Of a stretch of 64,000 nucleotides of DNA, positions 57,411-64,000 are shown one piece after another. Location of the stretch: the NCBI GenBank assembly GCA_964016885.1, contig OZ024740.1, forward strand, positions 76,384,001 to 76,448,000. The letters are read 5' to 3'. Position 1 is the stretch's first letter; each line of letters opens with the position of its first letter. This stretch comes from Eledone cirrhosa (Eukaryota). The translations under genes and the position numbers were made by a program. The notes under the pieces are model-generated. The model saw only the letters and a program-made list of their open reading frames with translations. It ran no database searches and was not told the DNA's origin.

Positions 57411-59123
57411 AACTTTCTTTTTATTTGCCACCAGGGCGTCAAAGAGTGGGACAAGTACAATGGGGGGAGTTGATATAAAAAGGCGTCCTCAATAAGGATG
57501 AGGCAATAACACAATATAAAATATAAGATATAAAATATAATAAAAATAAATTTAATAACAAAATCCTCAATAGGGAGGAGGCGCCTTGGGGGGTCCCACA
57601 CACCCCCGAAAAAGTGTGCAATCCTTCTCCTCAGGAGCACAGAGAGAGGGTGCTCCCTTGATCTTTCATCTTTCTCACCTACAGTCAGATGTAGAGTGAA
57701 GGCCCATTCACACGGGCCATTCTCGGCACTTTCACCCATCTTTCATAAAAACGGCTGGGGTGCAGCACCTCTCTCTCCATCCTGATCCTTCTTCCGAAAT
57801 GATATCGGAAGAAACGGACTAGTTGTTGGGCAGAGAGAAAGGTGTCTGACCTCAGTCCTTTCAGACGCGTCCACCATACAACCTCTTTCGCCATGGCTAT
57901 TACGCACAGAAACAGCGCCTCTCCTTCGTTTTTGAAGAGGGGAGGCGGCTTGATCGTTACAATAGACTCGGTGGTCAACCGGATCGGTCCCACCCGTCAC
58001 AGCAGTCGTTCGACTAAGCCCCACAGATCGGCAATGCCCGAGCAGTGTACCAATCCGTGTGCAACGGTTTGCTCGTCGCACCCGCATCTGGGACAGATCT
58101 TTTTCGAGGGGTCCCTACCCGGGCGCCCGTGTCTGTAGAGCCTTTCTCGAACGGGGAGAGCCCCTCGGTAGCACTGCCAGGGCAGGGATCTCTGGAAGTT
58201 ATCCATAGGTCCCGGGCTGAATGTCCTACCGAACAGGTTGGCCAGTTCGTTTTCCTCCATGCCTAGGGCTTCTCCGAGGGCGTCGTCGCACCTGCTAACC
58301 ACCATCCCTCTGTAGAATGATGAGGTGGATTCTCCACTGACAGCCGGGTCCGCTTGCCAGAGAGCCGTGAGCGCCTGGGCACACTCGGTGTGCCAGGCGC
58401 CCAGTTTTCTCGATCTTTGCTTGACCCAGGATTGCAGCTCGGTGAGCGAGACGAGTCTGAGAAAGGCTCGCCTCACAAAGGGAACACACACCGGTTGACC
58501 GGTGAGGAATACCTGGAGGTGCCGTAGCCTTAATGCGTGTTTACGCATCATCGGCCACGGCATCCCCAGCCCTCCTTTCGAAGGTTGTTGACAGCAGATG
58601 GATCTCCTCACCATAGGAGCCTGCTTCTTCCAAAGGAATTGGAAGAGTGCGCGCTCCATTTTGACGAGCGTTTTCCTTGGGCAAGGCACGACGGTCAGGC
58701 GGTAGTAGATGACGGACGCTATATAAGTGTTCGCCACCTCCGCCCGACCTTTCAGGGACAGTTTGCACTCGGCCCACTTCTGGGTCAGTGCAAACACCCT
58801 GTTCGATACCACCTGGAGGTCTGGTCCGAACCAGACCCCGAGCAACTTGACCGGGCCCTCCGTCCAGCGCCCGACGACGCCATCGGAGGGCATCGATTTG
58901 CCTCTCCACGTGCCGAGTTGCAGACCGATCGACTTGTTCCGGTTCAGCTTAGCCCCTGTAAACCTTTCGTACTCCTCCAGTAAGGTGCCGATCGCCCCGA
59001 TTTCCGAGGCCGTCGACACCATTACTGTTACGTCATCGGCGTAGGCCGACACCGCTTTCCGCAATCCCGGTTCCAACGGGATGCCCTGCAACAACTCCAA
59101 CATCCGCAGCAGTGGCTCTAGAG
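57411..59123 (-). mobile_element. 5'-truncated Tx1-like element (copy B)
   Basis: Starts inside RT (LELLQG...AYADDVT), has CPRC zinc finger and a distinct 3' UTR; GATA tracts on both sides. Confidence 0.92.
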
Positions 59124-59149
59124 AATCAGATAGGTAGGTAAATAGGTAA

Positions 59150-59185
<36 letters not shown>

Positions 59186-59444
59186 GTAGATAGATAGATA
59201 GATAGGTTTCTTTATTAGCCACAGGGGCACAAAAGAAGGGGACAAATACAAAGGGGGGAAGTTTACATACAATAAAAACGTGTAAAATGTTATCACAAAT
59301 GCAATTTAAGAAGTTAGTCGATTTTCCCCAATAGAGGAAGACAGTTTATATGGGTAACACATACCCCCGAAAAAATGTGCAACCCTCATCTCCAGGAGTA
59401 CGAAGAGTTTGTACTCCTTTCCTCTCCTCCTCCTTTTCCTCAAC

Positions 59445-62400
59445 TTACAGGCTGATATAGAGAGAAGGCCCATTCACTCGGGCCATTCTCGCCACTTTCA
59501 CCCACCTTTCATAAAACTTGCTGGGGTACAGCACCTTTCTCTCCATCCTGATTCTTCTTCCAAAGTTGTATTTGAAAAAAAGAATCAGTTGTTGGCCGGA
59601 GAGAAAGGTGTCTGACCTCAGCCCTTTCAACTTTGTCCACCATACAACCTCTTTCACCATAGCTATCACACAAAGGAAAACCGCCTCTCATTCGTTTTTG
59701 AAGGAGGGTGGTGGTTTGATCATGACAATGGACTCGGTGGTCAACCGGATTGGTCCCACCCGCCACAATAGTCGTTCTACATAGCCCCACAGGTCAGTGA
59801 CGCCCAGGCAGTGTATGAATGCGTGCGGGACGGTTTCTTCGTCTCGCACGCACCTCGGACAGATCTTTTTTGCAGGGTCCCTGCCCGGGCGCCCATGTCT
59901 GTAGAGCTTGTCTCGAACTGGTAGAGCTCCTCGGTAGCACTGCCAGGCCAGGGACTTTTGGAAGTTATCCATCGGTCCCGGGCGGAAGGTCCTACCGAAC
60001 AGACAGGCCAGTTCATCTTCCTCTACGCCTAGAGTTTCACCGAGCACTTGCTGCGGTCAACCCTCTATAGAATGACGAAGTGGAGACTCCACTGATCACC
60101 GGGTCCGCCTGCCAGAGGGCTGTGAGCGCCTGAGCACATTCGATGTGCTAGTCGCCCATTTTCCTCGGTCTTTGCTTGACCCATGACTGCAGCTCGGTCA
60201 GCGAGACGAGTTGTGGGAAGGCTGTTGGCAGCAGATGGATCTTCTCACCAAAGGAGCCCGCCTCTTCCAAAGGAATCGGAAGAGCGCGCGCTCCATTTTG
60301 CCGAGCGTTTTGGCTGGACAAGGCACGACGGTCAAGCGGTAGTAGATGGCGGACGCTATAAAAGTGTTCACCACCTCCGCTCGACCTTTCAAGGATAGTT
60401 TGCACTCGGCCTACTTCTGGGTGAGCGCAAACACCTTGGCCATAACCTCGTTCCAGTTCTTCTCCACCTGGAGGTCCGGACCAAACCAGACCCCGAGCAG
60501 CTTTACCGGTCCTTCCGTCCAGCGTCCGACGACGCCATCGGAAGGCATCGGTTTGCCTCTCCACGATCCGAGTTGCAAACCGATGGACTTGTCCCGGTTC
60601 AGCTTCGCTCCTGTGAAACTTCGTATTCCTTCAGTAAGGTGCCTACTTCCTCGATTTGCGAGGCGCTCGAGACCATTACTGTCACGTCGTCGGCGTAGGC
60701 CGACGCCGCTTTCCGCTGTCCCGGTTCCAGAGGGATGCCCTGCAATAGCTCCAACTTCCGCAGTAGTGGCTCGAGAGTCAGTACGTACAGAAGGGAGGAG
60801 AGAGGGCATCCCTGTCGAATGGATCGCGTAATATGGAACGGCTCCGAGAGGTAGCCGTTCACCTCGACCCTTGAGCAGATGTTGCTGTTGTGCATTGCAG
60901 CAATCCAGCCCCTGAACACGGGTCCGAAGCCTGCCGCCTCGAGCACCGCATCCAGGTAACGATGGTCAACCCTATCGAAAGCCTTAGACTGATCCAAGTT
61001 GATCAGGGCCCCACCGAAGCCGGGTTTACACCCTACCCTCTCTATGATGTATCGCATGAGGTGGAGGTTGTCGTGTATGGACCTGGTCGGGATTGCGCAT
61101 GTCTGCGCTTCTGCCACCAGGTTCTCGACGACAAGCGCCAGCCTCTTTGCCAACACCTGGGCCAAAATCTGTAACACTGTGTTTAGCAGAGTTATGGGCC
61201 GGAAGTTGCCTATGTCATCCCCCTTATTCTGGTCCTTCCTGATTAGTGTGACCACGCCCCCGGTTACAGAACTGGGAATTCTCCCGTTCTGTTGCCAGTT
61301 GCAGTAGACCGCTTCCAGGAGACCGGAGAATAAGTCCGGCATTGCTACGTAAAATTCGTAGGGTAGACTATCGAGACCTGGAGATTTGCGTTTGCCGCAT
61401 TGGCTCAGCGCGCCCCCTATCTCAGCGGCTGAAATCGGCTTTTCGCAAACTTTGACTCGCTGTGCGAGAGTCGCGGTAAGCCGTCGAGGTATGGACCGAA
61501 ATCCATAGCCCCTCCCGGCGCGCCGCCCCTCCCGAACAGTTGAGCAAAGTGCCGCTGAAAGGCCGCACACATCTGCTTCGGCTCACGTATCACGCGTCCG
61601 TTTTGGTCCTTCAAAGACCGAATCGTGGACTTGTTGCCACTTTTTGCCTCCGTCACTCGGGCCCAGCTAACAGCTTTGGCTCCCTCGTTTCCCAGAGCAC
61701 GTATTTTGCTTCTGACAACGCAGCCCTCGTGCTTTGCGTCGAAGAACTGGTCCAAGGCCGTTCTCGTTGCTAGAACGCTGGCTACGTTGCCACTTCTAAT
61801 TGCCTCTTCTACTTTATCTACCAGTTCCTTCTCGGTTCTATTTCTATCTAACGCTAATTCTTTACTAAAAACTATCGAGTCTAATCTAACTGCCCTCTTT
61901 AGAGAGTACCACCATCTGTTGTTGACAATGGCCCCTGTCAAGTGCTGTTTAACTAAAGTGCTAATCCGTCTACTGTAGGCTTTGCTTGTCGGTAACGACA
62001 AGTTCAGCTTCCAGTAGCCGGGCCCTTGTCTAAGGGTTCTATCAAGGTTGGCCATGCAGGTCACTAGTTTGTGATCTGAATAGGCAACCATGAACATTTG
62101 TGGACAGCTTAACATGTCCCTATCCTTATTTCTAACTAGAACCCTATCTAGGTATGATCTAGATGTTCCGCTAAGATTAGTCCACGTCCACAGTGGCGGA
62201 GTCGGAAAATCTAGTCGATATCTATCGGCCAGGTCAAATCGGTCGATTAACTCTTTGAGGCTGTTACACCCCCCTTTATCGGGACATGCTCCCACATAGT
62301 CCCAACGTGCATCTAGGATTCCATTCCAGTCCCCCACTAAAAGCAAGGAGCGGGACGTTCCCAGAAAAGTCTCTAGACGTTTGAAGAAGTCTGGCCGCGG

Positions 62401-62750
62401 TGTCCCGGATGGGGCATATGCGGCCACCAGCCTGAAGGTACCACCTTCACTACCGTCAACGTCTAGGACCACCAGTCGACCCTCCGGGTCCAGATGTACC
62501 GTCTGTGTTACGAAGCCCAGGTGTTCCGCAGCAAAACGGCAACTCCGCCCCCACCCCCCGGTTGACAGAGAGATGCGTAGATCTCAAAATCATCGAAGAT
62601 GGGGGCCAGCTGTCGCTCGCCGTGGATCCTGGACTCGCAAATGGCTACCACATCCATATTGTGTGACCTGAGGTCGTTTAAGAGTTTGCCCTGTTTCCAG
62701 GCCATCCCCAGGCCGCGTACGTTCACACATCCAACTCTTATATTGGCCAT
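59445..62750 (-). pseudogene. Copy C ORF2 (APE, RT, zinc finger), frameshifted
   Basis: NVRGL, YLDRVL, SDHK, GPGYWKLN, RQGCPLSSLLY, YADD, CPRC...ETVPH...C. Confidence 0.92.
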
Positions 62751-62783
62751 GTTGGTGCTGAAAAGTTAAAAGAGGAAAAGAGA

Positions 62784-64000
62784 TCACTCACCCTTCGCCT
62801 CCTGGGTACCAGGCCGCACGATTTCCATGGGGGTGTTGGAGGGGTTGTCTGGATGGGTGGTGGTTTCCGGCGGGGTGGGGACGCAGATGTTTGGTGGGGT
62901 GGGGTCTGGTGGGATGGGGGTGTCTGGGGTGGGGAGGCATTTGAGAAGGACGCGGTTGAGTGGTTTCACGCAAGAATTCCCCACATCCTTCTCAAATGTT
63001 TCTTTTAGGGACCTATAAGTTTGTATAGGGACCCTAATCAGTTTTAGGTTCAGTTTTTTGCTATTTTTAATAGAGTGGGCGAAAGTTTTCCCTTCGGTGA
63101 AAACCGAAGGGTCGTTCGTGATGGTCTCCATTAGTGTTTTGTTTTCAGTGTTTATGTAAGTGTAAGTGTAATTTTCTTGTGTTGTGTTTGTTTTTGTCTG
63201 TAGTTCTTGTGTGTGCTTTCGTTTTGTTGTAGGTATTTTGTTTTCAGGAGGTGGGGATTTGTTTGTGATATTTTTGTTGTTTGTGTTGGTGGTTGTATGT
63301 TTGTGGTAGTGTTTGCTGGTTTTTTGCTTTTGTGATGTCTTTCCTTTCTTTTCGAGCGATGGGGTTCTCCCTCGTCTTCACTGGGTGATGGCGAGATAGC
63401 CTCATCTGTTGTATCGTCTGTGTGATTGGGGAGGCGTATGTCTTGGGGAGCTGTTGTGTCTGTATGTGATTTTGCAGTGGTTTTAGGTGGAGTGGGGTTG
63501 GGTAGGACTGTGTTTGTTGTGGTTATTTTTGTGTGTTGGTGTTGTTGTTGTTGTGGTGGTGTTGGTGGTTGTGTTGTTTTGATGGGTGTCGGCAGAAGAG
63601 CCTTTTTTTGGTTCATTACTTTAGGACAGGAAGCCCTCAGGTGACCCCTGCTAAAGCAATGGTAACATGAAGGCCGCCTACCCTCAACCGAAAAGTTTAT
63701 GTAGGTGAGTCCGTCCAGGAGTACACGCTGTGGGATCATAGCTATTCGCTCTGGGCTCATTTGCACCAGAACTTCAATGCTAGTCCCATTGAATACATCT
63801 CTGGGGGACTTTCCTACTGACAGTATTCTGTCTTCATCAAAATTGATGAAGCCGCACAGTATCCACCATATGTTCACCTTTGGTGTGACACTCGTGATTC
63901 TGACCTGTTGTGTCCTTTTTCCCATGTATGTAGGGAAAAAGGTGTACAGGTTGGATACAATTGGCGACACAGAGTAATTTTGGGCCGTCAATTGATCCTT
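62784..64000 (-). pseudogene. Copy C ORF1 (gag-like, partial)
   Basis: Intact CCHC knuckle CYHCFSRGHLRASC followed by a Thr/Pro-rich region; one frame break. Confidence 0.82.

Larger units (their letters stand above)
59205..64000 (-). mobile_element. Tx1-like element (copy C), extends past the window end
   Basis: ORF1 and ORF2 remnants; 3' end ggctaataaagaaacc followed by (TATC)n. Confidence 0.93.

Noticed and set aside
63130-63270. Programmed frameshift in Tx1 ORF1, since copies A and C both break frame in this region
   Set aside because: Low-complexity A/C-rich sequence where independent indels explain both copies; an intact copy is needed to test it.
51841-63977. Plus-strand ORFs over the Tx1 array
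   Set aside because: Antisense shadows of GC-rich retrotransposon coding sequence.

Overview
AT-rich, microsatellite-saturated eukaryotic DNA with no host gene I can support. The tRNA-derived SINE here resembles octopod cephalopod SINEs (recalled, not searched). The right end holds three head-to-tail L1-clade/Tx1-like retrotransposons on the minus strand (51.2 kb to the window end), each separated by (GATA)n tracts. Two more degraded Tx1-like pieces at 36-38.8 kb end in (TTA)n and (TAC)n. There are many copies of a ~190-bp tRNA-derived SINE, remnants of CR1, RTE, CRE, Penelope (RT thumb plus GIY-YIG) and mariner elements, two non-autonomous Helitron-like elements, and a near-identical 4.6-kb tandem duplication (17.4-26.6 kb). 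The main hidden signal is a set of short non-coding elements sitting in (TA)n tracts. Many are asymmetric fold-back palindromes. About nine sequence families carry type-I hammerhead ribozyme motifs, including minimal palindromic stem-III forms, forms with a long stem-II insertion, and a U3-A8 compensatory core variant. This fits non-autonomous Penelope-like or retrozyme-like elements targeting (TA)n. All motifs were read by eye and ribozyme activity is untested.
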